Translations under genes and position numbers: made by a program | The notes under the pieces: model-generated | Database searches by the model: none | What the model saw: only the letters and a program-made list of their open reading frames with translations | Told to the model about the DNA's origin: nothing | DNA from: Candidatus Dormibacteria bacterium | GTDB lineage: Bacteria > Chloroflexota > Dormibacteria > Aeolococcales > Bog-877 | Length of the DNA stretch: 64,000 bases | Direction of reading: 5' to 3' | Assembly (NCBI GenBank): GCA_050734135.1 | Contig: JBOHUG010000054.1 | Location: forward strand, 8,189-72,188 | Shown here: positions 1 through 10,090 of the stretch, in pieces | How the letters are laid out: every line of letters starts with the position of its first letter | Numbering within the stretch: the stretch's first letter is position 1

Positions 1-114
1 CATGGTCGTACGAGTATCCCATCCGCTATGGGCCGGCCAGCGCGAACCTGTGGCGCATACCATCTAGGAAGGGAAGTCGGTGAGCGAGCGGTCGAGCTTG
101 GGAGGTGCGCCTAG

Positions 115-792
115 ATGCCGGATTTGACAGTAGTCTGCGGGGCCAGCGGGGGCCTGGGGCCGGCGGTTGCGACCCGCCTCGCAGAGAGGGGCGACCGGGT
201 GATCGCCGTGGCCGCGCCCCAAGAGGAGCGCACGCAGCTGGAGAGCTCGGTTCCCGGTGTGATCTGGGAGCAGGCCGACCTAACCAGCAGGGAGCCCACG
301 GAGGAGCTCTGGCGCCGCATTGATGGCCAGGGGGCAAGAGTGCACTGGTTGGTCAACATAACGGGTGGCTACCGCGCCAGCCGGGCCCTGGAAACAAGTG
401 AGGAGGACTACCGTTTTCTACTGCGGCTCAATCTGGACAGCTGCTGGTGGTCCTGTCGGGAGGGCGCCCGTCGAATTGCCGCTGGCGGCGGCGGCGGGAT
501 AGTCAACATCTCCGCGCGACAGGCATTAGAGGGAGGGGTTGGCTCCGCCGCCTACGCGGTCTCCAAGGCGGCGGTGTTGCGGCTGAGCCAGGTGCTGGCG
601 GCTGAGCTCAAGCCAGATCGGGTGCGGGTAAATGTCTTGCTACCGACTCTGATCGACACTCCGGCCAACCGAGCCCAGCGCAGCCCCGAGGCGATGCGCA
701 ACGCCGTCTCCCCCGACTCCCTGGCCGATACCATTGCCTGGCTCTGTAGCGACGAATCAGGGGCGGTCACCGGCGCTGCGCTCACCGTCTGA
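115..792 (+). CDS. short-chain dehydrogenase/reductase (SDR) family oxidoreductase
   Basis: 225 aa. N-terminal Rossmann motif VCGASGGLGPAVA with the SDR fold pattern. Ends TGA at 790. Confidence 0.8.
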   Translation: MPDLTVVCGASGGLGPAVATRLAERGDRVIAVAAPQEERTQLESSVPGVIWEQADLTSREPTEELWRRIDGQGARVHWLVNITGGYRASRALETSEEDYRFLLRLNLDSCWWSCREGARRIAAGGGGGIVNISARQALEGGVGSAAYAVSKAAVLRLSQVLAAELKPDRVRVNVLLPTLIDTPANRAQRSPEAMRNAVSPDSLADTIAWLCSDESGAVTGAALTV

Positions 793-915
793 CCGCCTCC
801 CTCAGAGCAGCTGCCTTGGGCAATGAGCTTCGTCCCGGGGACCAGCACACGCGCAATCTACTGGTCGAACACCACTAGCTGGACGCTCTTCTCCCTCTCA
901 GCGAGCAGCTGGCGG

Positions 916-1524
916 CTAGTCCGGCGCTGGGACCCCCAACAGGTCGTGAAGTACAGAAATTAGCTCCTCCTTCAGCCCCTTGGGGGTTTCAGCGCCCAAT
1001 CCTCTGGTGGTCCCCACCGCCCCCGCCATCACCGCCCCCAGGGCGGCGGTCACGCGAACCCGGTCGCGGAGTGAGATCTTGGGGTTCGACACGAACGCCG
1101 CCCACTGCTGTTCTAGCATCTGGTGCTCCGCCTGGTGCTCGGGGTCGTGGTCACCAAGCCCCTCAATGGCGGTCCGATTCCGTTCCATCAGGACGAAGAT
1201 CTTGCGCTGCGCCAGGATCTGGTCCAGCAGCGTCTCGAAGAGCTGCAGCACTCCCGGGAAGTCGATCGGACCGTCCAGCAAGGGCAGCACGTCGAGACCG
1301 TGATGGCCGATCCCGTGGGCCCGCTCCACCAGGGAGGCGAGCAACTCCTCTTTGCTGCGGAAGTGGTAGTAGAGGGCCGCCTTGGTGACCCCGACCCGCT
1401 CCGCCACCTCGCGCAGCGATGTCTTGTCGAAGCCCTGCTCGGAGAAGAGATCGAGCGCCGATTCCAGGATCCGCTCTCTGGTAGAGAGAACCCCCGACTT
1501 CGCGGTATGATTCACGGACGTCAT
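916..1524 (-). CDS. TetR/AcrR family transcriptional regulator
   Basis: N-terminal HTH RERILESALDLFSEQGFDKTSLREVAERVGVTKAALYYHFRSKEEL is typical TetR. Start taken at internal Met MTSVNH, since the longer ORF adds a non-conserved extension. Divergent from the ABC exporter. Confidence 0.8.
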   Translation of the reverse strand: MTSVNHTAKSGVLSTRERILESALDLFSEQGFDKTSLREVAERVGVTKAALYYHFRSKEELLASLVERAHGIGHHGLDVLPLLDGPIDFPGVLQLFETLLDQILAQRKIFVLMERNRTAIEGLGDHDPEHQAEHQMLEQQWAAFVSNPKISLRDRVRVTAALGAVMAGAVGTTRGLGAETPKGLKEELISVLHDLLGVPAPD

Positions 1525-1582
1525 TCTACTTGACGGCCGGTAGGTGTACGCTCTACCATCTGCCACCTAGTTTACCGGCCGG

Positions 1583-2569
1583 ATGGTAAGGAGATCAAGA
1601 TTGAGTGACGGACCTCCGATCCTCGTCGAGGGGCTGGTGAAGCTCTACGGTTCTACCAGGGCCGTCGACGGACTGAACCTGGTCGTCGAGAAGGGAAGCG
1701 TGGTGGCGGTGCTGGGACCGAACGGGGCAGGCAAGACGACCTTGATTCGCATCCTCGCGACCCTGGCCAAGCCCACTGGGGGACGTGCGGTGGTGGCCGG
1801 CTTCGACGTTGCCGCGCACCCTGCCCAGGTCAGGCGCCACATCGGCATCGCCGGCCAGTCGGCCAGCATTGATGAGTATCTGACCGGGCGCCAGAACCTG
1901 GTCATGGTGGGCGAGCTGAGCCGACTTCCCCGGGGAGTGGCCAAGGCGCGGGCTGGGGAGCTTCTCGATCGCTTCGATCTCGGAGAAGCTGCCGATCGGA
2001 CGACCAAGACCTACTCCGGGGGGATGCGCCGCAAGCTCGACCTCGCCGCCAGCCTGGTCACCCAACCCGAAGTTCTGTTCTTGGACGAGCCCACGACCGG
2101 ACTCGATCCCCGGGCGCGCATGGGAATGTGGCAGCTGATTCGAGAGCTTGGGGAGGCCGGCACCACACTCCTGCTGACCACCCAGTACCTGGACGAGGCG
2201 GATCAACTTGCCCACCACATCGCCGTGGTGGACCTGGGGAAGGTGATCGCTTGGGGGACTCCAGACGAGCTCAAGACCCAGGTGGGCGGCGCCGTCCTTG
2301 AGGTCACCTTGCCGGAGACGGCCGACCCCGAGGCGGCCGGTCGACTGCTGCGGGCGGCGACCTCGCTGGCGGTGACCGTGGACCGGCGTCGGCGCCGACT
2401 CACCCTTCCCGCCGCTACCGAGGGCGGTCTGGTGACCAGGGTGATCCGAGCCCTGGACGCTGGCGGGGTCGAGGTTGACGACGTCACCGTGCGCCGACCG
2501 GCGCTGGATGACGTGTTCATGACCTTGACCGGTCACGGAGCGGAACTGGACCCGGAGGTGGCCGCATGA
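1583..2569 (+). CDS. ABC transporter ATP-binding protein (DrrA-like, ABC-2 exporter ATPase)
   Basis: Walker A GPNGAGKTT, signature YSGGMRRKLDLA, Walker B LFLDEPTTGLD. AAGGAG RBS at 1588. The start could be a downstream TTG. Confidence 0.85.
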   Translation: MVRRSRLSDGPPILVEGLVKLYGSTRAVDGLNLVVEKGSVVAVLGPNGAGKTTLIRILATLAKPTGGRAVVAGFDVAAHPAQVRRHIGIAGQSASIDEYLTGRQNLVMVGELSRLPRGVAKARAGELLDRFDLGEAADRTTKTYSGGMRRKLDLAASLVTQPEVLFLDEPTTGLDPRARMGMWQLIRELGEAGTTLLLTTQYLDEADQLAHHIAVVDLGKVIAWGTPDELKTQVGGAVLEVTLPETADPEAAGRLLRAATSLAVTVDRRRRRLTLPAATEGGLVTRVIRALDAGGVEVDDVTVRRPALDDVFMTLTGHGAELDPEVAA

Positions 2570-3420
2570 GCGTGGCCCAAGTGGCGGAAGCCCATGCCGG
2601 TTCCGGGGAAGTTGGGGCGGGCCGGGTCCTGTGGTTTCTGAAGGACGTCCTGGTACTGACCCGGCGCAGTCTGATCCACGTCGTGCGGGACCCCGCTCAG
2701 CTGGCAGACGTGACCATCCAGCCGATCATGTTCGTGGTTCTATTCACATTTGTCTTCGGCAGCGCGATCAAGCTTCCCGGAGGCGGCAACTACCACGAAT
2801 ACGTGGTGGCGGGTATCTTCGGGATCACCATGGCGGGCGCCGCGCCCGGCGTCGCCGTGGGGCTCGCCACCGACATCCAGTCGGGCATCATCGACCGCTT
2901 CCGGTCCTTGCCGATGTCCCGGGCCGCGGTCCTGGCGGGACGGCTCACGGCAGACCTGCTGACAGCGGTGCTGGGGCTGGTGGTGGTGGTCGCGGTCGGA
3001 CTCGCCGTGGGGTGGCGCGTGCACACCAACCCGGGCGAGGTGCTGCTCGGTTTCGCCTTGGCGCTGCTCTTCAACTACGCCATGAGCTGGGCGGGTGCGG
3101 CGGCGGGAATGTGGTTGCACAACCCTGAATCCGCGCAGGCGATGGCATTTGTGGTCTTCTTCCCCATGATCTTTGTTTCCAACGCGTTTGTGGCACTGCA
3201 GAACATGCCGGTCTGGCTGCGGGTGGTCGCCGAGTGGAATCCGGTGAGCACGGTGACCGCGAGCTGCCGGGAACTGTTCGGGAATCCCAACCCCTCAGCG
3301 TCGGTGCAGGTGTGGCCGCTGCAACATCCCGAGCTGGCGACGGCGCTGTGGGCGCTGGCATTGCTCTTGATTTTCGTACCGCTCTCGATTCGACTCTACC
3401 GGCGCGAGGACCTGACCTGA
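2566..3420 (+). CDS. ABC-2 type transporter permease (DrrB-like)
   Basis: 284 aa hydrophobic protein with six predicted TM segments. ATGA overlap with the upstream ATPase, suggesting translational coupling. Confidence 0.8.
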   Translation: MSVAQVAEAHAGSGEVGAGRVLWFLKDVLVLTRRSLIHVVRDPAQLADVTIQPIMFVVLFTFVFGSAIKLPGGGNYHEYVVAGIFGITMAGAAPGVAVGLATDIQSGIIDRFRSLPMSRAAVLAGRLTADLLTAVLGLVVVVAVGLAVGWRVHTNPGEVLLGFALALLFNYAMSWAGAAAGMWLHNPESAQAMAFVVFFPMIFVSNAFVALQNMPVWLRVVAEWNPVSTVTASCRELFGNPNPSASVQVWPLQHPELATALWALALLLIFVPLSIRLYRREDLT

Positions 3421-3460
3421 CCTGCAGAGAGTCCGGTCCCTGGAGCGGTGCGCTGAGGAG

Positions 3461-4198
3461 CTAGCCGACGCTGTCTGCGGTATCGGCGCTGATCGCAGAT
3501 AGGGGCTGTTTCTGAATTCCCTGTGCGTCGAAGTTGGCGGGGTCCAACCAGCTCTCCAGGCGCGCCTTTCGTGCGGGCCAGTCGCCGTCCAGGATGGAGT
3601 ACCAGGCGGTGTCGCGGCTGCGCCCCTTGATCACCATGTGCTGGCGGAAGGTTCCCTCATAGTTGAAGCCCAAGCGCAGTGCGGCGAGGCGCGAGGGCGC
3701 ATTGAGCGCGTCGCATTTCCACTCGTAGCGGCGATAGCCGAGATCTTCAAACACATACCTGGCCAAGAGATACATGGCTTCGGTCGCTCCCCGCGTCCGC
3801 TGCAGGGCGGGTGTGTAGAGGATGTACCCCACCTCCACGCAGCGGTGCGCCGGTTCGATCCGCATCAGCGACGCCCAGCCGAGGGCACGCTTGGTGTCCC
3901 CATCCAGGATGGCGAAGAAGAGGGGATTGTCGGTGCTGCAGGACCGGTGCAGGTGGGCGTCGAAGGCGACCCGGTCGGCAAATGGACCGACGGGAAGGTA
4001 GCGCCAGAGGTGGTCGTTGGCGGGATCGAGGAGGTGCTCCCAGAGCGCCGCGCCATGCTGCGCCTGGTTCAGTGGGGTCAGTTCGATGTAGCGGCCCTCC
4101 AGGGTCACCCTTTGGGGGAAGGGCGCCGGAGTGGGATCGACCCGGGGACCGACCGGCAGTCCGGTTTCGGGATCGGTCTCGGGAGCCGGTGCGGGCAC
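3461..4198 (-). CDS. GNAT family N-acetyltransferase (RimJ/RimL-like)
   Basis: Conserved GNAT core EVGYILYTPALQRTRGATEAMYLLARYVFEDLGYRRYEWKCDALNAPSRLAALRLGF. GTG start at 4198, preceded by GAGGAGG. Confidence 0.75.
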   Translation of the reverse strand: MPAPAPETDPETGLPVGPRVDPTPAPFPQRVTLEGRYIELTPLNQAQHGAALWEHLLDPANDHLWRYLPVGPFADRVAFDAHLHRSCSTDNPLFFAILDGDTKRALGWASLMRIEPAHRCVEVGYILYTPALQRTRGATEAMYLLARYVFEDLGYRRYEWKCDALNAPSRLAALRLGFNYEGTFRQHMVIKGRSRDTAWYSILDGDWPARKARLESWLDPANFDAQGIQKQPLSAISADTADSVG

Positions 4199-4382
4199 CT
4201 TCTCAAAACCTCCTCGGCGCTGGCGTCACCTCGGCTGGCGGGCGGCCAGCGGGCTTGCAGCCAACTCGCTCAAGAGCCCGTGGGGGCCGCGCCGTCCGCG
4301 CGGCGCCACTCCCGAGAGCTTCCCCCTCCCGGAGCGCCAAGTGGGAATCGTAGCAGCGCACACCTGGCTGTGGGAACCCACC

Positions 4383-4994
4383 TCAGGGCTGGAGACGCTC
4401 CCGTCGCCAGCCGGGCGGCTCGAGGACGTATCGGATCCGATCATGGAGCCGGTCTTCCCGGTGCTGCCAAAACTCATAGCCGACCGCCTGGAGCCGATAG
4501 CCGCCCCACCACTCTGGGCGGGGGACCGGGCCCCCTGCCAGAGATCCCTCGAGTTCGCTGACTCGGCGATCGAGCTCTGCCCGGCGGATGATCGGCCGGC
4601 TCTGAGCCGACGCCACGGCACCTAGCTGACTGGCGCGCGGCCGACTCGCAAAGTAATGATCAGAGTTGGCAGAGTCGAGTTGCTGGACTGGGCCCTCGAT
4701 CCGGACCTGGCGTCCCAGCTGCGGCCAGTAAAAGAGAAGGGCCGCCCAGGGATTGGTGGCCAGCTCACCGCCTTTGCGGCTCAGGTAGTTGCTGTAAAAG
4801 TCGAATCCACCAGCTCCCCATCCCTTCACCAAGACCATCCGCTGGGACGGGCGCCCGCTGCCATCGGCGGTGGCCAGTGCCGCGGCCTCGGCCAGGGGCT
4901 GGGCGGAGCTGGCCTCGGCAAACCATCGCTCGAACTGAGCCAGCGGATCGGGAGCGACATCCCGCTGGCCCAGTTTGGGGAACTTCTCCGTCAA
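4383..4994 (-). CDS. pdxH: pyridoxamine 5'-phosphate oxidase
   Basis: PNPOx motifs (RMVLVKGWGAGGFDFYSNYLSRKG, WGGYRLQAVGYEFWQHREDRLHDRIRY). TTG start, with AGGAGG upstream. The alternative TTG start at 5000 is possible. Confidence 0.8.
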   Translation of the reverse strand: MTEKFPKLGQRDVAPDPLAQFERWFAEASSAQPLAEAAALATADGSGRPSQRMVLVKGWGAGGFDFYSNYLSRKGGELATNPWAALLFYWPQLGRQVRIEGPVQQLDSANSDHYFASRPRASQLGAVASAQSRPIIRRAELDRRVSELEGSLAGGPVPRPEWWGGYRLQAVGYEFWQHREDRLHDRIRYVLEPPGWRRERLQP

Positions 4995-5045
4995 CTTCAA
5001 ACCTCCTGCACCGGTCCGGCGAGTCCCAGCGAGATCAGCCCCCGG

Positions 5046-6098
5046 TCAGCTGATGTAGCCCAGGGAGACCAGCAGCTCCGCGTTGAGCAGGGCAGCTCCG
5101 GCCGCACCGCGGATGGCGTTGTGAACTACCAGGGTGAACTTCCAGTCCAGCACGGAGCAGGGGCGGAGTCGGCCGACGCTGACCGCCATCCCCCGGGCCG
5201 CTTCGCGATCCAGTCGCGGTTGGGGACGGTCCACCCCATCCACCACCAGGATCGGGTTGGGCGGGGAGCTCGGCAGCTGCAGGCGCTGGGGTTCGGAGGT
5301 GAAGTCGGCGAGAGCCCGGCGAACCTGGTCGGCATCGGCTTCGGAGCGAAGCCGCACCGAGACCGCCTCGGTGTGCCCATCCAGCACCCCCACCCGGTTG
5401 CATTGGGCGCTGATCACCAGATTGGCCGGAACAAACCTGCCACCCTCCATCCCGCCCAGGATTTTGAGCGACTCACTCTCGATCTTCTCCTCCTCGCCGG
5501 CGACGTAGGGGATTACGTTGTCGAGGATGCTCAGCCCCGGAACCCCAGAGATCCCGGCACCGGAGACAGCCTGCATGGTCACGACGGAGACCGCAGCCAA
5601 TCCGAATGCGTCCTGAAGCGGCTTGAGCGCCAGCGCCAACCCGATCGCCGAGCAATTGGGATTGGTGACCAGGAGTCCCGTCGTGTACCCGCGCCTTGCG
5701 CGCTGATGTTGGAGCATCGCCGCGTGTTCCCAATTCACCTCGGGAATCAGCAGCGGGACATCGTCGTCGAACCGGTGGTTGCGGGCATTGCTGATCACCG
5801 GAAAGCCGGCCTTGGCTAACCTCGCTTCCGCGTCGCCGGCGACCTCGCCATCGAGGGCGGAGAGCACCAGGTCACACTCCAGGTGCTGGGAGAGGGGCCG
5901 AATCGTCAAATGGGAAACCGTTTCCGGGATGGGAGTGGCGAGCCTCCAGGCGACGGCCTTCCCGTAGGGTCGGCCCGCCGACCGCTCCGAGGCGACCACC
6001 TCAGACACCGTGAACCAGGGATGACCCTCCAGCAACTGCACCAGCCGCTGGCCGACCGCTCCCGTCGCCCCCAGCACCGCGACCCGGAAAACTCTCAT
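5046..6098 (-). CDS. asd: aspartate-semialdehyde dehydrogenase
   Basis: N-terminus MRVFRVAVLGATGAVGQ (NAD(P) binding) and catalytic Cys region LVTNPNCSAIGLALALKP. Start at the internal ATG at 6098. The longer ORF extending to 6224 adds a non-homologous extension. Confidence 0.85.
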   Translation of the reverse strand: MRVFRVAVLGATGAVGQRLVQLLEGHPWFTVSEVVASERSAGRPYGKAVAWRLATPIPETVSHLTIRPLSQHLECDLVLSALDGEVAGDAEARLAKAGFPVISNARNHRFDDDVPLLIPEVNWEHAAMLQHQRARRGYTTGLLVTNPNCSAIGLALALKPLQDAFGLAAVSVVTMQAVSGAGISGVPGLSILDNVIPYVAGEEEKIESESLKILGGMEGGRFVPANLVISAQCNRVGVLDGHTEAVSVRLRSEADADQVRRALADFTSEPQRLQLPSSPPNPILVVDGVDRPQPRLDREAARGMAVSVGRLRPCSVLDWKFTLVVHNAIRGAAGAALLNAELLVSLGYIS

Positions 6099-6482
6099 CC
6101 GCAAGGAGTTTGCCAGGCTCCGGCGCGAATGCTGCCGGCCTATTCGCTGTCCGACCGGGCCCGCAGTTCGGTACAGTTGCCGGATGGCACTCTGCCCGAC
6201 CGCTGGTGATTGGTTCCGAACCAACAGGAGGGGCCGTGATTCCGGCGCCTCTCCTACCCGGGGCAGCTCCCGGTGGACTGGCGGCCCTTGCCTGAATAGC
6301 CGCGCACGAGATTGGTCTCCTCTCCCTGAAGACCGAATGCTTCGGCGCGTCCCGGGGGACTCGCGAACTAGCTCCTAACGCCGACGGCTGCTGGCTCCCC
6401 CGGCTCGACCTGCAGGGCAGCCTCTCAGTTGCCCCAGGATTTTTCAGGCGGACAACCTAATTGCCACCCAAAGGAGCCAGCT

Positions 6483-7724
6483 GTGTCAGATCTCTTCCAG
6501 TTGCACTGCGAGCAGTGCGGGCGCAAGTTCGGAAACGGTCCGCTCGTGCTCTGCGAGGACTGCTTCGCTCCACTCGAAGTGAACCTCGACCTGCCCGCAG
6601 TCCGGGCGGCGATCAACCGCGACGCCATCGAGCGCCGCTCCCCCGACATCTGGCGCTACTCCGAATTCCTTCCTGTCGCGGAGGGGTTTCAGTCCGACCT
6701 ACCGGTGGGTTTCACGCCTTTGCTTCGAGCCGCTGAATTGGGGCGGCGCCTCGGGAGCCAGGATCTCTGGCTGAAGGACGATGCCGCCTGCTTTCCCACC
6801 CTCTCCTTCAAGGACCGGGTGGTGGCGGTCGCGCTGGCGCAGGCCCGGGCCTTCGGTTTCCAGGTGGTGGGCTGCGCCTCGACCGGCAACCTCGCCAATG
6901 CCGTCGCGGCCCAGGCGGCCCGATCGGGGCTGGAGGCGGTGATCCTGATCCCCGCGGATCTGGAGCAGGCCAAGGTCGTGGCGACTACCGTCTACGGGGC
7001 CCGGCTGATCCGGGTGGACGGCAACTACGATCAGGTGAATCGCCTGTGCGCCGAGATCGCCGAACTCCATCCCTGGGGCTTCGTCAACGTCAACCTCCGG
7101 CCCTACTACGCGGAGGGCTCCAAGACGGTGGGTTTCGAGATCGCGGAGCAGCTCGGCTGGCGCCTTCCCGACAACGTGGTGGTCCCCATGGCCGGAGGAG
7201 CCCAGATCTGCAAAATCGCCAAGGCGTTCGCGGAGCTGGTCGCGACCGGCCTGGTCGAATCCCGTCCGGTCAGGGTGTTCGGGGCGCAGGCGCTGGGCTG
7301 CTCCCCGATCTCCAGTGCCGTGTCCTCCGGTCAGAGCGAGATCACCCCGCAGCGTCCCGACACCATCTGTCGATCCCTGGCCGTCGGCAATCCCGCCGAC
7401 GGCTACCGGGCATTAGAGGTGATTCGCTCCAGCGGAGGTTGGGCGGGCTCCGCCGCCGACCCGGAGATCGTCGCTGGGATGAGAGATCTTGCCGAGTCGG
7501 AGGGAGTGTTTGGAGAAACCGCCGGGGGAGCTACCGTCGCGGTCGCGCGCCAGCTGCTCCAGGAGGGAAGAATCCAGTCTGGCGAGACGACGGTCCTCTG
7601 TGTCACCGGCAACGGGCTCAAAACTACGGACCCGCTGGTTGGCTACCTGCCTGAGATCCCGGTCCTGGCGCCTAAGATCGAGGCCCTCGAGGAGCAGCTG
7701 GCGGCGGTTGGGGCGCGGCGCTGA
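6483..7724 (+). CDS. thrC: threonine synthase (ThrC family, N-terminal zinc-ribbon subtype), paralog 1
   Basis: PLP lysine motif PTLSFKDRVVA. N-terminal Cys4 CEQCGRKF...CEDC. GTG start with AAGGAG RBS at 6470. Confidence 0.8.
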   Translation: MSDLFQLHCEQCGRKFGNGPLVLCEDCFAPLEVNLDLPAVRAAINRDAIERRSPDIWRYSEFLPVAEGFQSDLPVGFTPLLRAAELGRRLGSQDLWLKDDAACFPTLSFKDRVVAVALAQARAFGFQVVGCASTGNLANAVAAQAARSGLEAVILIPADLEQAKVVATTVYGARLIRVDGNYDQVNRLCAEIAELHPWGFVNVNLRPYYAEGSKTVGFEIAEQLGWRLPDNVVVPMAGGAQICKIAKAFAELVATGLVESRPVRVFGAQALGCSPISSAVSSGQSEITPQRPDTICRSLAVGNPADGYRALEVIRSSGGWAGSAADPEIVAGMRDLAESEGVFGETAGGATVAVARQLLQEGRIQSGETTVLCVTGNGLKTTDPLVGYLPEIPVLAPKIEALEEQLAAVGARR

Positions 7725-7744
7725 GCCCCGCCCCCAAGGAGTTG

Positions 7745-8674
7745 ATGGACGTGCTGGAGGTGACCGTACCTGCTACCTCCGCCAACCTCGGTTGTGCCTT
7801 CGACTGCGCCGCGCTGGCGCTCGAACTAGACCTTGTAGTGACGGCGACACCGCTGCCGGCGCCTGAGTTCGAGATCACCAGCCAGGGGGAGGGGGCCGAG
7901 ACGCTGCCCAGGGACTCCGCCAACCTGGTGGTCCAGGGTATCAACCGGCTAATCGCTTGGGCGGGAGTTCCGGCCGCGGGGCTGCGGCTCGAAGTTCGAA
8001 GCGCCATCCCGGTCGGGGTTGGGTTGGGCTCCAGCGCCGCGGCGATCGTCGCCGGACTGCTGATCGGGACGGAGCTGGTGCGGCGGCGCCCAGATGATGC
8101 CACGCTGATCGGTCTGGGGGCGGAGCTGGATGGGCACCCGGATAATGTCGCGGCCGCCTATTTGGGCGGTCTGGTGGTGTCGGCGGGGGGAGGGCCCCTG
8201 AGCCCGGTGCTGACCCGAAAGGCGGAGGTACCGAGGGATCTGGAGTTCGTGGTGGTCATCCCGGATCGACCCCTGGCTACGTCGAAGTCGCGGGCGGTCC
8301 TGCCGGACTCGTACAGTCGCGCCGATGCTGTTCACAACCTGCAGCGCACCGCCCTGCTGGTCGCCTCGGCCTTCTCCGGGGAGTTCAACTTCGAGCCAGA
8401 GTTCTTCGCGGATCGCTGGCATCAGTCTCAGCGGGCGGAGCTGATGCCTGGGCTCAAAGAGTGCCTGGAGCTGGAGCATCCGGACCTCCTCGGGATCTTC
8501 TTGAGCGGGGCCGGGTCGGCGGTGCTGGCGGTGACCAGGCGCGCGGGACCGGAGATCGAGGCCGAGCTCGTGAACCGCCTCCGACGTCAGGGACTGGGAG
8601 CCACGTCGCTCCGGCTCCGGGCTGACAACGAGGGCGCCAAGGGGCGGCTCCGTGGGGAGCTGATCCGCCCGTGA
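7745..8674 (+). CDS. thrB: homoserine kinase
   Basis: GHMP kinase motif PVGVGLGSSAAAIVAG, with homoserine kinase-like length and architecture. ATG at 7745, 6 nt after AAGGAG. Confidence 0.85.
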   Translation: MDVLEVTVPATSANLGCAFDCAALALELDLVVTATPLPAPEFEITSQGEGAETLPRDSANLVVQGINRLIAWAGVPAAGLRLEVRSAIPVGVGLGSSAAAIVAGLLIGTELVRRRPDDATLIGLGAELDGHPDNVAAAYLGGLVVSAGGGPLSPVLTRKAEVPRDLEFVVVIPDRPLATSKSRAVLPDSYSRADAVHNLQRTALLVASAFSGEFNFEPEFFADRWHQSQRAELMPGLKECLELEHPDLLGIFLSGAGSAVLAVTRRAGPEIEAELVNRLRRQGLGATSLRLRADNEGAKGRLRGELIRP

Positions 8675-10080
8675 TCACCCCGGGGCCGCACCTGCGGGTC
8701 ATGAAGTTTGGCGGCACCTCCGTCGGAGACCCGGAGCGGATGGCGGCGACCGCCAGGATCATTCAAGAAAACGCCACTCCTGGTCAGCTGGTGGTGGTCG
8801 TCTCCGCGATGCAGCAGGTGACGGCGTCCCTGCTCGCGGCCGCCACCGCGGCGAGCGCCCGAGAGACAGAGACCTGGCAGGCGATCGGGGAGGAGCTGCG
8901 GCGGCGCCACACCGAGGTCTGCGACGGGCTGGTCGCGGTCGAGGAGCGCCCGGCGATCCAGGCTCAGATCGACGCCGAGCTCTCCACCTTCAAGGACTTC
9001 TGCGTCGGCTTCTCCCTGGTCCGCGAGCTCACCCCCAGGGCTCTTGACTCCCTCTCTTCTCTGGGAGAGGTGATGTCCGCCACCCTGCTGGCCGCGGTGC
9101 TTCGGGCCGGCGGGCTTCGGGCGGAGGCGGTCGACGCCACCGAGGTGATCGTCACCGATGACGGGTTCGGCAACGCCTCGCTCCTCTTCGAGCCCACCAA
9201 CCAGAAGGTTCGGGGCCGCATCGGACCGCTCCTGCAGCGGCGGGTGGTGCCGGTGGTGACCGGCTTCCGGGCGGCCACCAGCGACGGCAGCTGCACCACC
9301 CTGGGCCGGGGCGGCTCCGACTACAGCGCCACCATCCTGGGCGCCACCATCCCCGCCAACGCCATCTGGATCTGGACGGATGTCGACGGAATGATGACCG
9401 CCGATCCGCGGTTGGTGCCGCAGGCTAGGGTTATCCCCGAGCTCTCCTACCGGGAAGCGATCGAGCTGTCGTTCTTCGGGGCCCGGGTCCTGCACCCCAA
9501 GGCGCTCGACCTTCCCTTTCTGGCCGGGATCCCGGTCCTGATCAAGAACAGCTTCAATCCCGGGTCCGCCGGCACCGAGATCGGCGGCTCCCGTCCGAGT
9601 CGCCCTGGGGTCAGGGCCATCGCCTCCACTGCGGAGACCTCCCTGTTCACCGTCTCCGCCACCCGTTCGATGTCCTTCACCCGCCTGGCGGCGCAGGTCT
9701 TCGGGGCGCTGGATGCAGATCGGATCAGCACCCTGGTGGTGACCCAGTCCTCGGCGGAGAACGTCATCTCGTTCGTGGTCAACGGCGCCGACGCGGCCCG
9801 GGTCAGACGGCGGCTGGAGCGGGAGCGGGGATCGCTTCGCGGCGGATCGTCCGTCGCGGCGGTGGAGGAGCTGCCCGACGTGGGGGTGGTGGTGGCGGTG
9901 GGAGAGGGGATGAAGGGCACGCCCGGGATTGCCGCCCGGATCTGCGGCTCGATCGCCCGCTTGGGGATCAACATCGTCGCGATCGCGCAGGGCTCCTCCG
10001 AGCTCAGTGTGTCTCTGGTCGTGAAATCGACTGACCTCCCGGCCGCCGTCGTTGCAATGCACCAGGAGTTCGGGCTCTAA
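8671..10080 (+). CDS. lysC: aspartate kinase
   Basis: N-terminus VMKFGGTSVGD. Kinase domain plus C-terminal ACT domains. GTGA overlap with the thrB stop. Alternative ATG start at 8701. Confidence 0.85.
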   Translation: MITPGPHLRVMKFGGTSVGDPERMAATARIIQENATPGQLVVVVSAMQQVTASLLAAATAASARETETWQAIGEELRRRHTEVCDGLVAVEERPAIQAQIDAELSTFKDFCVGFSLVRELTPRALDSLSSLGEVMSATLLAAVLRAGGLRAEAVDATEVIVTDDGFGNASLLFEPTNQKVRGRIGPLLQRRVVPVVTGFRAATSDGSCTTLGRGGSDYSATILGATIPANAIWIWTDVDGMMTADPRLVPQARVIPELSYREAIELSFFGARVLHPKALDLPFLAGIPVLIKNSFNPGSAGTEIGGSRPSRPGVRAIASTAETSLFTVSATRSMSFTRLAAQVFGALDADRISTLVVTQSSAENVISFVVNGADAARVRRRLERERGSLRGGSSVAAVEELPDVGVVVAVGEGMKGTPGIAARICGSIARLGINIVAIAQGSSELSVSLVVKSTDLPAAVVAMHQEFGL

Positions 10081-10090
10081 AGTCTGGCCG

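Noticed and set aside
26-337. Minus-strand 103-aa ORF at the window start.
   Set aside because: Overlaps the well-supported SDR gene, is low-complexity, and is probably spurious.
1595-2536. Long antisense or alternative-frame ORFs. Examples: 1595-2536 minus, 8587-10101 minus, 15232-16392 minus, 19366-20979 minus, 30846-32219 plus, 37751-39283 plus, 61449-62453 minus, 62464-63642 minus.
   Set aside because: Typical GC-rich shadow ORFs. They are low-complexity and Arg/Pro/Gly-rich, overlap well-supported genes on the opposite strand, and have no family similarity.
6099-6482. Possible lysine or SAM riboswitch in the asd / thrC intergenic region.
   Set aside because: No recognisable L-box or S-box conserved core. 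Only the inverted repeat reported separately.
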